A stretch of 64,000 nucleotides of DNA from Parcubacteria group bacterium (GCA_041661275.1 JBAZUU010000004.1:7480-71479), one strand, 5' to 3'. Counted from the stretch's first letter, positions 39,843 to 49,804 are shown. A program made the numbers and translations. The notes: generated by a model not told the origin, from the sequence alone.

Positions 39843-40412
39843 ATGAAAGTTACAGCAAAACTAGACAATTTGCGAATAGCTCCCAGAAAGACTAAGCTGG
39901 TGGCTGATCTCATCAAAGGACTCGACACGAAAGTGGCTCTTGATCAGTTGGATATGGAAGTAAAAAGAACTAGCCCCTATATGAAAAAATTGCTTTTAAG
40001 CGCTGTGGCTAACGCAGAAAATAATTTTGGTTTAGATAAGGACAATCTATACGTAGAAGATGTTGTTATCGGGGCAGGCCCGATACTCAAGCGTTGGATG
40101 CCAAGAGCCTATGGCCGCGCGGCGCAAATTTTGAAAAGAACATCAAAAATTACCATAGTTCTCGAAGAAAGAGTCGAAGGCAAAGGCCGAAAAACTAAGG
40201 AAGAGATGGCCAAGATTATGGAGAAAAGGCTGAAAGACAAGAAAAAGGAAGAAAAAGAACGGGCGGAAGTTGAAGGCAAGGAACCCGCCTCGACTCGTGG
40301 AGACGATCACTCGTCGATGCGAGGCGGGGAAAAAGAAACGGAAAATATCAAAAAAGACAGTGGTGGAGGAAAAAGCTGGGGGAGTAAGATATTCAGAAGA
40401 AAGTCGATGTAG
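39843..40412 (+). CDS. rplV: 50S ribosomal protein uL22 with long charged C-terminal extension
   Basis: IAPRK.KLVADLI, SAVANAENN, PRAYGRA. Confidence 0.97.
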   Translation: MKVTAKLDNLRIAPRKTKLVADLIKGLDTKVALDQLDMEVKRTSPYMKKLLLSAVANAENNFGLDKDNLYVEDVVIGAGPILKRWMPRAYGRAAQILKRTSKITIVLEERVEGKGRKTKEEMAKIMEKRLKDKKKEEKERAEVEGKEPASTRGDDHSSMRGGEKETENIKKDSGGGKSWGSKIFRRKSM

Positions 40413-40416
40413 GTTT

Positions 40417-40504
40417 AGTTAAAAAGTAAAAAGTAAAAGTTAAAAGTAAAGAAAAAATTAAACAGCTTCAAATATTTTGGACTTTTAATTTTTAACTTTT
40501 AACT
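40417..40504. repeat. TAAAAAG/CTTTTAA heptamer palindromic element
   Basis: Tandem heptamers with an inverted arm. Confidence 0.65.
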
Positions 40505-40518
40505 TGAGCGAAGCGAAC

Positions 40519-41181
40519 ATGGGAAATAAAGTAAATCCAGTCGGACTTCGAATAGGAATAACTCAAGGCTGGAAGTCCAAGTGGTTTTCTAAAAAAGAAT
40601 ATAAGACTAATCTGCGGCAGGATCTGGAAATCCGTACTTTCGTCATGAAAAAATGGAAGAACGCTTCTATCGCTGAAGTGGAAATAGAAAGATCAGCTGC
40701 GGCTGTCAGAATTATTATCAAGACTGCCCGTCCCGGAGTTCTGATTGGTCGGGGAGGAAGTGGTATTGAAGATGTCAAAAAGCAGCTTCAGGATAAGTTT
40801 TTCAAAAGTAACAAGAAGTTGAATTTAAAAATAGAAGTGCAGGAAGTGAAGAATTTTGAAGAATCCGCGCAGCTTGTTGCTCAAAACGTGGCAGAACAGT
40901 TGGAAAAAAGAATGCCATTCAGAAGAGTGTTGAAAAGCATGCTGGAACAAGTGATGAAGAATAACACAGTAAAGGGAGTGAAAATAGAAGTGGCGGGTCG
41001 GCTTGGTGGCGCTGAAATGTCCAGGCGTGAGTGGTCAGCCAAAGGAACATTGCCTCTGCACACTCTGCGCGCTGACATTGATTTTGCCAGAACTACCGGA
41101 TATACCACTTATGGGACGCTGGGAGTGAAAGTTTGGATATACAAAGGAGAAGTATTTAATAAAGTTAAGACTGAAAGATAA
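40519..41181 (+). CDS. rpsC: 30S ribosomal protein uS3
   Basis: [27 protein letters not shown]. Confidence 0.98.
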   Translation: MGNKVNPVGLRIGITQGWKSKWFSKKEYKTNLRQDLEIRTFVMKKWKNASIAEVEIERSAAAVRIIIKTARPGVLIGRGGSGIEDVKKQLQDKFFKSNKKLNLKIEVQEVKNFEESAQLVAQNVAEQLEKRMPFRRVLKSMLEQVMKNNTVKGVKIEVAGRLGGAEMSRREWSAKGTLPLHTLRADIDFARTTGYTTYGTLGVKVWIYKGEVFNKVKTER

Positions 41182-41186
41182 AACCG

Positions 41187-41597
41187 ATGTTGATGCCCAA
41201 GAAAGTAAAACATAGAAAGATTCAACGAGGCGGAGCGATCCGCGGGAATGCTAATCGTGGAAACACTTTGAGCTTTGGCAGTTATGGCCTGAAATCGTTG
41301 GAAGCGGGACTAGTTTCTTCAAGACAAATTGAGGCATCACGTCGCGCTATGACCAGATATATCCAGCGTGGTGGAAAAATTTGGATTAGAATATTTCCGG
41401 ATAAGCCGATGACTAAAAAAGGTGATGAAACTCCGATGGGAAAAGGAAAAGGATCTGTCGATCATTTTGTGGCAGTAGTAAAACCCGGAAGAGTGGTATT
41501 TGAAATGGACGGAGTAAAGAAGGAAATTGCAGTGGAAGCAATGAGACTAGCGGCCTATAAATTAAATGTAAAGACGAAATTTATCAGCAAGGAATAA
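41187..41597 (+). CDS. rplP: 50S ribosomal protein uL16
   Basis: [15 protein letters not shown]. Confidence 0.98.
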   Translation: MLMPKKVKHRKIQRGGAIRGNANRGNTLSFGSYGLKSLEAGLVSSRQIEASRRAMTRYIQRGGKIWIRIFPDKPMTKKGDETPMGKGKGSVDHFVAVVKPGRVVFEMDGVKKEIAVEAMRLAAYKLNVKTKFISKE

Positions 41598-41608
41598 AAT
41601 TAAAAAGC

Positions 41609-41797
41609 ATGAAAGTAAAAGAATTAAGAGAAAAAGGAATAGAGGAGCTCAAAAAGCTTTTAGCGGAAAAGAGAGAAATTGTCCGAAAAGCCAGATTTGA
41701 TATGGCAACGAAGCAGGTGAAAAATAACCGTCAGAAAAGAAATGAGAAGAGAGATATTGCCAGAATTATCACATTAATAAAAGAGAAGAAACAATAA
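41609..41797 (+). CDS. rpmC: 50S ribosomal protein uL29
   Basis: KELRE..RDIARI; operon position. Confidence 0.92.
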   Translation: MKVKELREKGIEELKKLLAEKREIVRKARFDMATKQVKNNRQKRNEKRDIARIITLIKEKKQ

Positions 41798-41798
41798 T

Positions 41799-42041
41799 AT
41801 GGAAAAGAATAATAATATTAGTGCTAAGAAAAAAGGAATTGTTGTCAGTGACAAAATGGCCAAAACCATTGTTGTGGCCGTGACTGAATTCAAGACTCAT
41901 CCCAAGTACAAGAAAAAATACAAATCAACCAACAGATATAAGGTTCATGATGAAGATAATAAGTATAAAGTTGGGGATGTTGTCGAGATCGTCCCGACTA
42001 AACCGATGAGCAAGGAGAAATTTTATAAAGTGACGACGTAG
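41799..42041 (+). CDS. rpsQ: 30S ribosomal protein uS17
   Basis: [25 protein letters not shown]. Confidence 0.97.
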   Translation: MEKNNNISAKKKGIVVSDKMAKTIVVAVTEFKTHPKYKKKYKSTNRYKVHDEDNKYKVGDVVEIVPTKPMSKEKFYKVTT

Positions 42042-42042
42042 T

Positions 42043-42093
42043 CGTCATCCTGAGCGAAGTCCTGCTGAAAAGCAGGATGAAGTCGAAGGATCT
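42043..42093 (+). repeat. REP-like single unit
   Basis: Near-identical to 38512-38562. Confidence 0.85.
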
Positions 42094-42103
42094 ATACAAA
42101 TAT

Positions 42104-42469
42104 ATGATACAAGCAGAATCAAAACTAGTCGTAGCTGATAATTCTGGTGCCAAGATCATCGAGTGTTTCAAGGTGCTTGGCGGTTCAAGAAGGCGATATG
42201 CTGGTCTGGGTGATGTTATCGTGGCTTCCGTAAAGTCATCAGAACCTCGCGGAACAGTCAAAAAAGGCGAGGTAGTGAAAGCGGTGATAGTGAGACAACG
42301 AAAGGAATTTAGAAGAAAAGATGGTTCATATATCCGATTTGATGAAAATGCAGCGGTAATTGTTGACGGGAAAGATCCAAAAGGAACAAGAATTTTTGGG
42401 CCTATCGCGCGAGAATTGCGAGACCGGGGATATAGCAAGATAATTTCACTCGCTCCGGAAGTATTGTAA
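42104..42469 (+). CDS. rplN: 50S ribosomal protein uL14
   Basis: VADNSGA, GTRIFGP, SLAPEVL. Confidence 0.98.
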   Translation: MIQAESKLVVADNSGAKIIECFKVLGGSRRRYAGLGDVIVASVKSSEPRGTVKKGEVVKAVIVRQRKEFRRKDGSYIRFDENAAVIVDGKDPKGTRIFGPIARELRDRGYSKIISLAPEVL

Positions 42470-42554
42470 TCTTTACTAATTACTAATTTTGTAAGAATAT
42501 ACCGATTGCGAATAAAGATTAGTATATTAGTATAAGATTCGTAATTAGTAAAGA
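42470..42554. repeat. TACTAA-type palindromic element
   Basis: Arms nearly identical to 44175-44263. Confidence 0.85.
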
Positions 42555-42572
42555 ATAATTCATATTAAATTC

Positions 42573-42875
42573 ATGAAGATAAAAAAGAACGATATCGTGA
42601 TAATGCTTTCAGGAAAAGACCGCGGAAAAACGGGCAAGGTTTTGCGAGTGGTTGAGAAAGGAAAGGTTACGGTAGAAAATTTAAATACAGTCAAAAAACA
42701 TAAACGTCCCAGACGAGAAGGAGAAAAAGGTCAGCGAGTAGAAATCCCGAGATTGGTAGATATATCAAAAGTAGCGCTTGTTTGTCCGAAATGCGGAAAA
42801 GCGACAAGGATCGGCTATAAAATTTCAGGAGAGATAAAATCAAGATTTTGTAAAAAGTGTAAGAGTGAGATATAA
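42573..42875 (+). CDS. rplX: 50S ribosomal protein uL24
   Basis: GKDRGK.GKV KOW motif. Confidence 0.97.
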   Translation: MKIKKNDIVIMLSGKDRGKTGKVLRVVEKGKVTVENLNTVKKHKRPRREGEKGQRVEIPRLVDISKVALVCPKCGKATRIGYKISGEIKSRFCKKCKSEI

Positions 42876-42879
42876 AATA

Positions 42880-43422
42880 ATGGAAAATATTCGAGAAAAA
42901 TATTATAAAAAAGCCCTGCCGACAATGAAAAAAGAATTCGGGCTCAAAAATGACCTGGAAGTTCCTAGAATCACCAAGGTGGTTGTTAATACTGGAATAG
43001 GAAAATTTATCAAAGACTCTTCTTCTGTTGAGGAAATTCAAAAAGCCTTGACCGCTGTTACAGGACAAAAAGCGATAATGGTGAAAACCAGAAAGTCTAT
43101 TGCCGGATTCAAGACAAGAGCGGGACTGGAAGTGGGAGTGAAAGTGACTCTTCGTGGTCCTCGAATGTGGAGCTTTTTGGAAAAATTAGTCGGAGCTGCT
43201 ATGCCTCGCATCCGGGACTTCAGAGGAATTAAGCTGACATCAGTGGATAGCAATGGTAATTTAAACATTGGCCTCAAAGAACATACGATTTTTCCGGAAA
43301 TTTTGCCGGAGTCAGTGAAAAATATTTTCAGTTTGCAAGTGAATGTTACCACTAACGTAAGAAATAGAGATATGGGAATAGCATTATTTAGAAATTTAGG
43401 TTTTCCAATAGAGCATAAGTAA
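42880..43422 (+). CDS. rplE: 50S ribosomal protein uL5
   Basis: KVVVNTG, KSIAGFK, PRIRDFRG. Confidence 0.98.
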   Translation: MENIREKYYKKALPTMKKEFGLKNDLEVPRITKVVVNTGIGKFIKDSSSVEEIQKALTAVTGQKAIMVKTRKSIAGFKTRAGLEVGVKVTLRGPRMWSFLEKLVGAAMPRIRDFRGIKLTSVDSNGNLNIGLKEHTIFPEILPESVKNIFSLQVNVTTNVRNRDMGIALFRNLGFPIEHK

Positions 43423-43444
43423 TAAGAAATAGTTGTTAAATTTT

Positions 43445-43630
43445 ATGGCAAAGAAATCCGTAGAAGCAAGAGCAAGAAAAAAACCGAAATTCTCAACAAG
43501 AATAGTCAGGCGCTGTTGGAAGTGCGGAAGAAAACACGGTTATCTTCGTCAGTTTGACATTTGCCGGATTTGCTTTCGGGAATTAGCCAGTACCGGTCAG
43601 ATTCCGGGAGTAAAAAAGTCCTCATGGTAG
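43445..43630 (+). CDS. rpsN: 30S ribosomal protein uS14, Zn-binding type
   Basis: RCWKCGR...CRICFRE. Confidence 0.97.
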   Translation: MAKKSVEARARKKPKFSTRIVRRCWKCGRKHGYLRQFDICRICFRELASTGQIPGVKKSSW

Positions 43631-43742
43631 TCTACGAATTACGAATTAGTACGAATGTAACGAAATACGAATAGTAGTAAATGTGACAAAAGTTAAATTC
43701 AATTATTGTTCGTACATTCGTAAAGGTTCGTAATTCGTAGAC
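43630..43742. repeat. TACGAA-type palindromic element
   Basis: Arms nearly identical to 30567-30679. Confidence 0.85.
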
Positions 43743-43769
43743 CAAGAGATTAAATTAAACTAATCAAAT

Positions 43770-44171
43770 ATGGATAAAATTGCAGAAATGCTAACATCAA
43801 TAAGGAACGCCCAGATGGCCGGGCACAAGGAAGCGAAAATAAGCGCCTCCAAGTTGAAGTTGGCCGTGGCCAAGATCCTGGAAAAAGAAGGCTTTTTAGA
43901 ATTTGCCAATGTGGAGCAGGAAAATAATTTCAATGTGATAAAGGTCGGGCTGAAATACCATACGATCTCCCGGACAAAAAGGCTGCCGGCGATAAACGGA
44001 TTGGAAAGGGTGAGTAAAGAAGGACAAAGAGTATATATAAAGAAAAAAGACATAAGAAATGTAAAAAATAATTACGGTTTAGCTATTATTTCCACTTCCA
44101 AGGGCGTAATGACCGGAGAAGAATCTAAAAAACTCGGCTTGGGAGGGGAATATATATGTAAAGTCTGGTAG
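43770..44171 (+). CDS. rpsH: 30S ribosomal protein uS8
   Basis: MLTSIRNA, STSKGVM, GGE. Confidence 0.98.
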   Translation: MDKIAEMLTSIRNAQMAGHKEAKISASKLKLAVAKILEKEGFLEFANVEQENNFNVIKVGLKYHTISRTKRLPAINGLERVSKEGQRVYIKKKDIRNVKNNYGLAIISTSKGVMTGEESKKLGLGGEYICKVW

Positions 44172-44174
44172 TAA

Positions 44175-44263
44175 TTCTTTACTAATTACTAATTTTGTAC
44201 GAATATACCAATTACGAATAAAAAAATTAGTATATTAGTATAAGATTCGTAATTAGTAAAGAA
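44175..44263. repeat. TACTAA-type palindromic element
   Basis: Arms nearly identical to 42470-42554. Confidence 0.85.
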
Positions 44264-44291
44264 AGAAATTAACTAAAAATCAGGAAATTAT

Positions 44292-44846
44292 ATGAGCAAG
44301 ATCGGCAGAAAATTAATAACTATTCCAGAAGGCGTGGAAGTCAAGATTGATGGACAAGTTCTGGAGGCTAAAGGTTCAAAAGGAACACTGTCTTTGATCA
44401 TTAACTCAAAAGCAAAGGTGGAAATTGAAGGCAAAGAAATAAAAGTTACCAAAGGCGACCTCGATGATTCTTCCAGAGAATCGGGAGCGGTTTGGGGACT
44501 GACCCGGTCGCTGGTAAATAATATAATCATTGGTGTGTCTCAGGGTTACCAAAAAAAATTAGAACTGCAGGGAGTAGGCTTTCGGATGAGTGTTCAGGGA
44601 AAGAAAATTGTTTTGGCGCTCGGTTTTTCTCATCCGGTAGAAAAGGAGATTTCTGAAGGACTCGAGGCAAAAATAGAAGAAAATAATGTTTTGAGCATTA
44701 CTGGAATAGACAAGCAAAAAGTTGGCCAATTTGCGGCCGAAGTACGATCTTTGAAACCTGTCGAACCATACAAAGGAAAAGGATTTAGATATCAGGGAGA
44801 AAAAGTAAGAAGAAAAGCGGGAAAGAAAGCGGCCACCGCGAAATAA
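44292..44846 (+). CDS. rplF: 50S ribosomal protein uL6
   Basis: LGFSHP, EPYKGKG. Confidence 0.98.
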   Translation: MSKIGRKLITIPEGVEVKIDGQVLEAKGSKGTLSLIINSKAKVEIEGKEIKVTKGDLDDSSRESGAVWGLTRSLVNNIIIGVSQGYQKKLELQGVGFRMSVQGKKIVLALGFSHPVEKEISEGLEAKIEENNVLSITGIDKQKVGQFAAEVRSLKPVEPYKGKGFRYQGEKVRRKAGKKAATAK

Positions 44847-44849
44847 AAC

Positions 44850-44931
44850 GATGCTAATCCACGAATAAAGGCGAATCTGCTAATCGCTAATTCGCAATTA
44901 GCGGATTAGTATATATTAGCAGATTAGCATC
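44850..44931. repeat. GCTAAT-type palindromic element
   Basis: gatgctaatc...gattagcatc arms with internal CTAAT/CGAAT units. Confidence 0.7.
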
Positions 44932-44944
44932 ACTTGAAAAAATT

Positions 44945-45289
44945 ATGAAAAATAGTAGAAACAATTTAAGACTCCATAGAAAAAGGCGCATTCGAGCCAA
45001 GGTTTCCGGTACGGCTAAAAAACCGAGACTGGCGGTCTTTAAGAGTCTTATGAGTATCGAAGCCCAACTGATCGATGATGCGAAAGGAATAACTTTGCTT
45101 CACAGTCACAGCAAGAATTTGAAGATTAAAAACGGTATCGAGGGAGCTAAAAAAGTTGGGACGGATATTGCTAAAAAAGCTCTCGCTAAAAAGATCACTG
45201 AAGCGGTTTTTGATAGAGGCGGATATAAATATCACGGAAAAGTAAAAGCGGTGGCGGAAGGCGCGCGAGAAGGTGGACTTAAGTTCTAA
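44945..45289 (+). CDS. rplR: 50S ribosomal protein uL18
   Basis: PRLAVFKS, FDRGGYKYHG. Confidence 0.98.
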   Translation: MKNSRNNLRLHRKRRIRAKVSGTAKKPRLAVFKSLMSIEAQLIDDAKGITLLHSHSKNLKIKNGIEGAKKVGTDIAKKALAKKITEAVFDRGGYKYHGKVKAVAEGAREGGLKF

Positions 45290-45306
45290 ATTATACGTTT
45301 ATATTT

Positions 45307-45810
45307 ATGGCGAGAGACAATAGCAGAAAATTTAAGGGAAAAAGAGAAAAGCCGGAATTTGACCAGAAGCTTTTGGATTTGGCGCGCGTTACCCGTGTGG
45401 TCAAGGGCGGAAGACGTTTTCGTTTTCGAGCGACCTTGGTTATCGGCAATAAGCGCGGCAAAGTAGGTGTCGGAGTCGGGAAGGGTGGAGATGTTTCTGA
45501 TGCTATCAAAAAAGCCTATGATGACGCCAGAAAGCATATGGTTATTGTTCCTATGAAGGATAATACTATTGCTCATGATATTTTCCATAAGAAAGGAAGC
45601 GCCAAGATTATGTTGAAGCCTGCTCACAAAGGAAGAGGAATAGTGGCTGGCGGAGCGGTGCGCGCAGTGGTAGAGTTTTCCGGAATAAAGGATATTGTTT
45701 CGAAATCACTCGGAACATCAAATAAGATCAATGTGGCGAGGGCTACTATTGAAGCGTTAGAGATGCTTAATTATTCAAGACTAAGAAAAATAAATCAGGA
45801 AGGAAATTAG
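45307..45810 (+). CDS. rpsE: 30S ribosomal protein uS5
   Basis: RVTRVVKGGR, GIVAGGAVR. Confidence 0.98.
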   Translation: MARDNSRKFKGKREKPEFDQKLLDLARVTRVVKGGRRFRFRATLVIGNKRGKVGVGVGKGGDVSDAIKKAYDDARKHMVIVPMKDNTIAHDIFHKKGSAKIMLKPAHKGRGIVAGGAVRAVVEFSGIKDIVSKSLGTSNKINVARATIEALEMLNYSRLRKINQEGN

Positions 45811-45923
45811 TTTATTGGAAATCAAAAATTAGTTCCAGAAATTGGAAAAGGGAAAATAGAATTTCATCTTTCCAGTTTCTAATTTCCTGAACCATTTTCA
45901 AATTTCTATTAAACTATTTTCTA
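45803..45923. repeat. TAGAAA/TTTCTA heptamer palindromic element at the usual rpmD position
   Basis: Inverted homolog of 25584-25708. Confidence 0.7.
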
Positions 45924-45933
45924 AAAAATAATT

Positions 45934-46359
45934 ATGCAATTACATTCACTAAAATTAAAGATGAAGCGCAAAAAAAGAAAGACTATCGGACGTGGCGGGA
46001 AAAAGGGGACATATTCCGGAAAAGGAATGAAGGGACAAAAGGCGCGTAGCGGGGCTCACGTTAAACCTATGTTTGAAGGTGGACGTTCAACTTTGATCGA
46101 TCACATGAAAAAGAAACGAGGGTTCAGATCTCCTCATGCCAAAAAAGTGATCGTGAAATTGTCGGCAATCGACAAAAAATTTAAGGATGGGGACGAGATT
46201 AATGCCGAGGCTTTGATAAAAGCAGGTTTAATTGATAAGATAGAGGCGAGGAACGGAATTAAAATCCTGGGTGGCGGAAAAGAGACAAGCAAAAAATTCA
46301 CTTTTGATAAGAAAATATTTCTTAGCGGTTCTGTTTCAAAGTCCCTAAAGAAAGCATGA
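45934..46359 (+). CDS. rplO: 50S ribosomal protein uL15
   Basis: GRGG..GKGMKGQKARSG, FEGG. Confidence 0.97.
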   Translation: MQLHSLKLKMKRKKRKTIGRGGKKGTYSGKGMKGQKARSGAHVKPMFEGGRSTLIDHMKKKRGFRSPHAKKVIVKLSAIDKKFKDGDEINAEALIKAGLIDKIEARNGIKILGGGKETSKKFTFDKKIFLSGSVSKSLKKA

Positions 46360-47633
46360 AAGAAAAATTAATCCAAATATTTAAAATTCCAGAGTTGCGG
46401 AATAAGATATTTTTTATTCTAGCTCTTTTGGTTGTCTTCAGATTGGCTGCCAATGTTCCTATTCCTGGAATTGATCAAGAGCGCCTCAAATCTTTCTTTC
46501 AAGGCAATGAATTTTTCGGACTTCTTAATATGTTTTCTGGCCGCGGGCTCTCCAGTATTTCTATCGTGATGCTTGGAGTCGGTCCATACATCACTTCTTC
46601 CATCATCATGCAGCTTTTGACCATGATCTTCCCGAGACTTGAGCAAATATACAAAGAAGAAGGAGAAGCAGGCAGACAAAAATTCAATCAATATACACGT
46701 TGGATCACTGTGCCATTGGCTGCTATGCAGACTTTCGGAATGATCGCTCTTTTCCGGTCACAGGGAATAATCGCAACACTTTCAGCGTTTGATATGGCAA
46801 CAATGATAACTATCGCAGTCGCTGGAACGATATTTCTTATGTGGTTAGGAGAACTGATCACCGAAAAAAACATTGGCAATGGTGTGTCGCTCATCATCTT
46901 TGCCGGAATAGTTTCCGGCATTCCTTCATCTATTGCCCGACTTTTTGCGACGTCTGATTCTTCCAAGCTTTTTTCCTATCTTATTCTGGGAGCGATTGTC
47001 ATTTTGGCTATCGGAGCAGTGGTTTATGTGACCGAAGGACAGAGAAATATTCCGGTGGCTTATGCCAAAAGGATACGGGGAAACAAGATGTATGGTGGAA
47101 CCTCCACGCATCTTCCTCTTCGCATCAATCAGGCCGGAGTAATTCCGATAATTTTTGCGCTTTCTATCATGCTTTTTCCCGGAATGATCGCCAATTTTTT
47201 GGCGACCAAATATTCCGGCGCGGCTATCGCGGGGATCGCTTCAAAAGCGGCAATCATTCTTTCTCCGACTTCCTGGGTCTATTGGCTTCTTTATTTCTTG
47301 CTGGTAGTCGCTTTTACCTATTTTTATACAGCTGTTGTCTTTGATCCTAATAAAATATCAGAAAGTCTCCAGAAAAACGGAGGGTATGTTCCCGGAATCC
47401 GTCCCGGAAAAAATACGGCCGAATATCTCTATCGCATTATGAACCGAGTTACCCTTTCCGGCGCGGCTTTTTTGGGACTCATTGCTGTTTTGCCATTCAT
47501 TGTCCAAAGTTTCACCAGTATCGGACAGATCTCCATCGGCGGCACCGGACTTTTGATTGTTGTATCCGTTGTCATTGAAACAATGAAACAGATTGAAGGA
47601 CAACTTGTCATGCGTGATTATGAAGGGTTTTAA
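46356..47633 (+). CDS. secY: Preprotein translocase SecY
   Basis: LGVGPYITSSII, GNGVSLIIF, PGIRPG. Confidence 0.98.
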   Translation: MKEKLIQIFKIPELRNKIFFILALLVVFRLAANVPIPGIDQERLKSFFQGNEFFGLLNMFSGRGLSSISIVMLGVGPYITSSIIMQLLTMIFPRLEQIYKEEGEAGRQKFNQYTRWITVPLAAMQTFGMIALFRSQGIIATLSAFDMATMITIAVAGTIFLMWLGELITEKNIGNGVSLIIFAGIVSGIPSSIARLFATSDSSKLFSYLILGAIVILAIGAVVYVTEGQRNIPVAYAKRIRGNKMYGGTSTHLPLRINQAGVIPIIFALSIMLFPGMIANFLATKYSGAAIAGIASKAAIILSPTSWVYWLLYFLLVVAFTYFYTAVVFDPNKISESLQKNGGYVPGIRPGKNTAEYLYRIMNRVTLSGAAFLGLIAVLPFIVQSFTSIGQISIGGTGLLIVVSVVIETMKQIEGQLVMRDYEGF

Positions 47634-47642
47634 ATTTTTTTT

Positions 47643-48293
47643 ATGAATATTGTTATTCTTGGTCCGCAAGGCAGCGGTAAAGATACGCAAGCGGAAAAAA
47701 TAGCGGAAAAATTCCATCTGGAAATCATTCATATGGGGAAGTTTTTGCGCGAAGTGGCGAAGCAGGATACGCCGCTTGGGAAAGAGGTGTATCATTACCA
47801 AAATGAGATAAACGAAATGGTGCCTTCACGGATTTTGAAAGAAGTTCTGCATATGAAAATTATGTCTTATTCCCGCGAGCAGGGAATTATGTTTGAGGGA
47901 GTGCCAAGAACTATGGATCAGGCTCTTTACTTTGATGAAGCAGTTTTGGAATCAGGCCGGAAGATCGATGCTGTAATCAACCTTAAATTGTCAGAGGAAG
48001 AAGCGGTCAAGCGAATTTCCATAAGAAGAATTTGTGAAAAATGCAAAAAACTATATATTTTAGGAAAAGATATAGAAGAGGGAGAAAATTGTCCTGATTG
48101 TGGTGGAAACATTATCCAGCGGATTGATGATACTGATGCGGGAATCAAAAAAAGACTAGAAGTATTCAATAAAGAAACTCTGCCGGTAATCGAGCATTAC
48201 AAAAAGAAAGGAAATCTGGTAGAAATAAACGGCGATCAATCGATCGAAAAAGTTTTTGAAGAAATTATTGGAAAATTAAAAAGCGTAGAGTAA
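47643..48293 (+). CDS. adk: Adenylate kinase
   Basis: GPQGSGK.TQ, GVPRT, Cys lid, after secY. Confidence 0.93.
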   Translation: MNIVILGPQGSGKDTQAEKIAEKFHLEIIHMGKFLREVAKQDTPLGKEVYHYQNEINEMVPSRILKEVLHMKIMSYSREQGIMFEGVPRTMDQALYFDEAVLESGRKIDAVINLKLSEEEAVKRISIRRICEKCKKLYILGKDIEEGENCPDCGGNIIQRIDDTDAGIKKRLEVFNKETLPVIEHYKKKGNLVEINGDQSIEKVFEEIIGKLKSVE

Positions 48294-48294
48294 C

Positions 48295-48433
48295 CCGTCA
48301 TTCTGAGCGAAATGACGACGACGTTAGTCGGAGGAATGAAGTCGAAGAATCTGCCAAAAGTTAGCACTGGTGGTAATTTATAGTAGATCCTTCGACTACG
48401 TCCAATAAGAATTGGACTTCGCTCAGGATGACG
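48295..48433. repeat. REP doublet (REPIN-like)
   Basis: Inverted pair of units with 32-nt spacer. Confidence 0.9.
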
Positions 48434-48440
48434 TATTATT

Positions 48441-49202
48441 ATGATTATTATTAAAACCCAGGAAGAAATAGAAAAAATGCGTGAAGGCGGGCATAAACTC
48501 GCCGAGATTATGGATGAGATTGGAAAAGCGGTTCGTCCCGGACAAAATACGCATGAAATTGATGAGCTCTCAAGACGGCTCATTTTTGATATCGGCGGTA
48601 TTCCCATTTTTGAAGGCTATGGAGGTCCCGAAAATCCCTATCCGGGCGCTGTCTGCGCGTCTATTAATCATGAGGTGGTTCATGGTATTCCCCGGAAGGA
48701 TAGAATTTTAAAAGAAGGTGATGTCTTGAAAATCGATATCGGGATGAAATACCGAAACCTCATCACTGATATGGCGCGCACATTTCCTGTCGGAAAAGTA
48801 TCGCCGGAGGCGTGGAAGCTGATGAAAGCGACGAGAGAGAGTCTGAACATGGGGATTAGCAAACTTAAAGCCGGTGCTAAATTGTCAGAGTATTCCCAGG
48901 CTGTCGAAAGTTATGTCCGCGCCAATGGATTTTCTGTCATTCGGGAACTGGTCGGGCACGGAGTGGGATATGAGCTTCACGAAGATCCGCAGATCCCTAA
49001 TTATACATCCAATGCGAAAGATATAATTTTGAAAGAAGGAATGACGCTGGCACTTGAACCGATGATAAACGTAGGGACAGAAAAGATAAAGTTGCAAAAA
49101 GACGGTTGGACATATGTGACGGCGGATGGAAAATTGTCCGCGCATTTTGAAGATACGATTGTCATAACTAAGGGCGGGGTGGAGATACTAACTAGAAAAT
49201 AA
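48441..49202 (+). CDS. map: Methionine aminopeptidase type I
   Basis: VVHGIP, GHGVG..LHEDP, EPM, SAHFE. Confidence 0.97.
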   Translation: MIIIKTQEEIEKMREGGHKLAEIMDEIGKAVRPGQNTHEIDELSRRLIFDIGGIPIFEGYGGPENPYPGAVCASINHEVVHGIPRKDRILKEGDVLKIDIGMKYRNLITDMARTFPVGKVSPEAWKLMKATRESLNMGISKLKAGAKLSEYSQAVESYVRANGFSVIRELVGHGVGYELHEDPQIPNYTSNAKDIILKEGMTLALEPMINVGTEKIKLQKDGWTYVTADGKLSAHFEDTIVITKGGVEILTRK

Positions 49203-49339
49203 CCGTCATTCTGAGCGGAATCGAGTCCGTTAGGACGAGATGAAGTCGAAGAATCTGCCAAAGGTTAGCACTTGTGGTAAATTATAGTAGATCCTTCGAC
49301 TACGTTCGGATAAAATCCTCACTACGCTCAGGATGACGG
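49203..49339. repeat. REP doublet (REPIN-like)
   Basis: Inverted pair of units with 32-nt spacer. Confidence 0.9.
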
Positions 49340-49432
49340 GAAAAAGAGAATAAAAAAACACCCGGGAGTTTCCACGATTACGATGTAACGTGTGAAAACC
49401 CGCCGGGGTAGATGGTTTTCCGCCGTGAAATT

Positions 49433-49804
49433 TCAACGGCGATTCCAATATGGAGGTCGAGGGACGCTGTGAGTTATCTCGCATCCGTCAGGGAATACAA
49501 GAGTAACATCATCGCAGGGTATTGGGGATTTCGGCCAAGGCATTGGCTTTCTCCATTGTCCAGTAAGATTTTCCCACCAGACATTTCTCTTTAAGAACGA
49601 CCCCCATCTGGTGAGTTGATAGATCACCACGAGACCGCCCACGATTCCGGGCAGTAATTTTACGATAATCGGCCACGTTGCGACATCGGGTGAAGTGAAT
49701 GCCTCCCAGGAGATCTTCACAAAATAGATGCCCAACAGAACGACTCCAAATTCTACCCAGAATCCCTCATCTTTGCTTTCTTTAATGTGCTGATTTTTTT
49801 TCAC
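49433..49804 (-). CDS. Hypothetical membrane protein
   Basis: Two TM segments; probable GTG start at 49804 after GGAGG. Confidence 0.5.
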   Translation of the reverse strand: MKKNQHIKESKDEGFWVEFGVVLLGIYFVKISWEAFTSPDVATWPIIVKLLPGIVGGLVVIYQLTRWGSFLKRNVWWENLTGQWRKPMPWPKSPIPCDDVTLVFPDGCEITHSVPRPPYWNRR

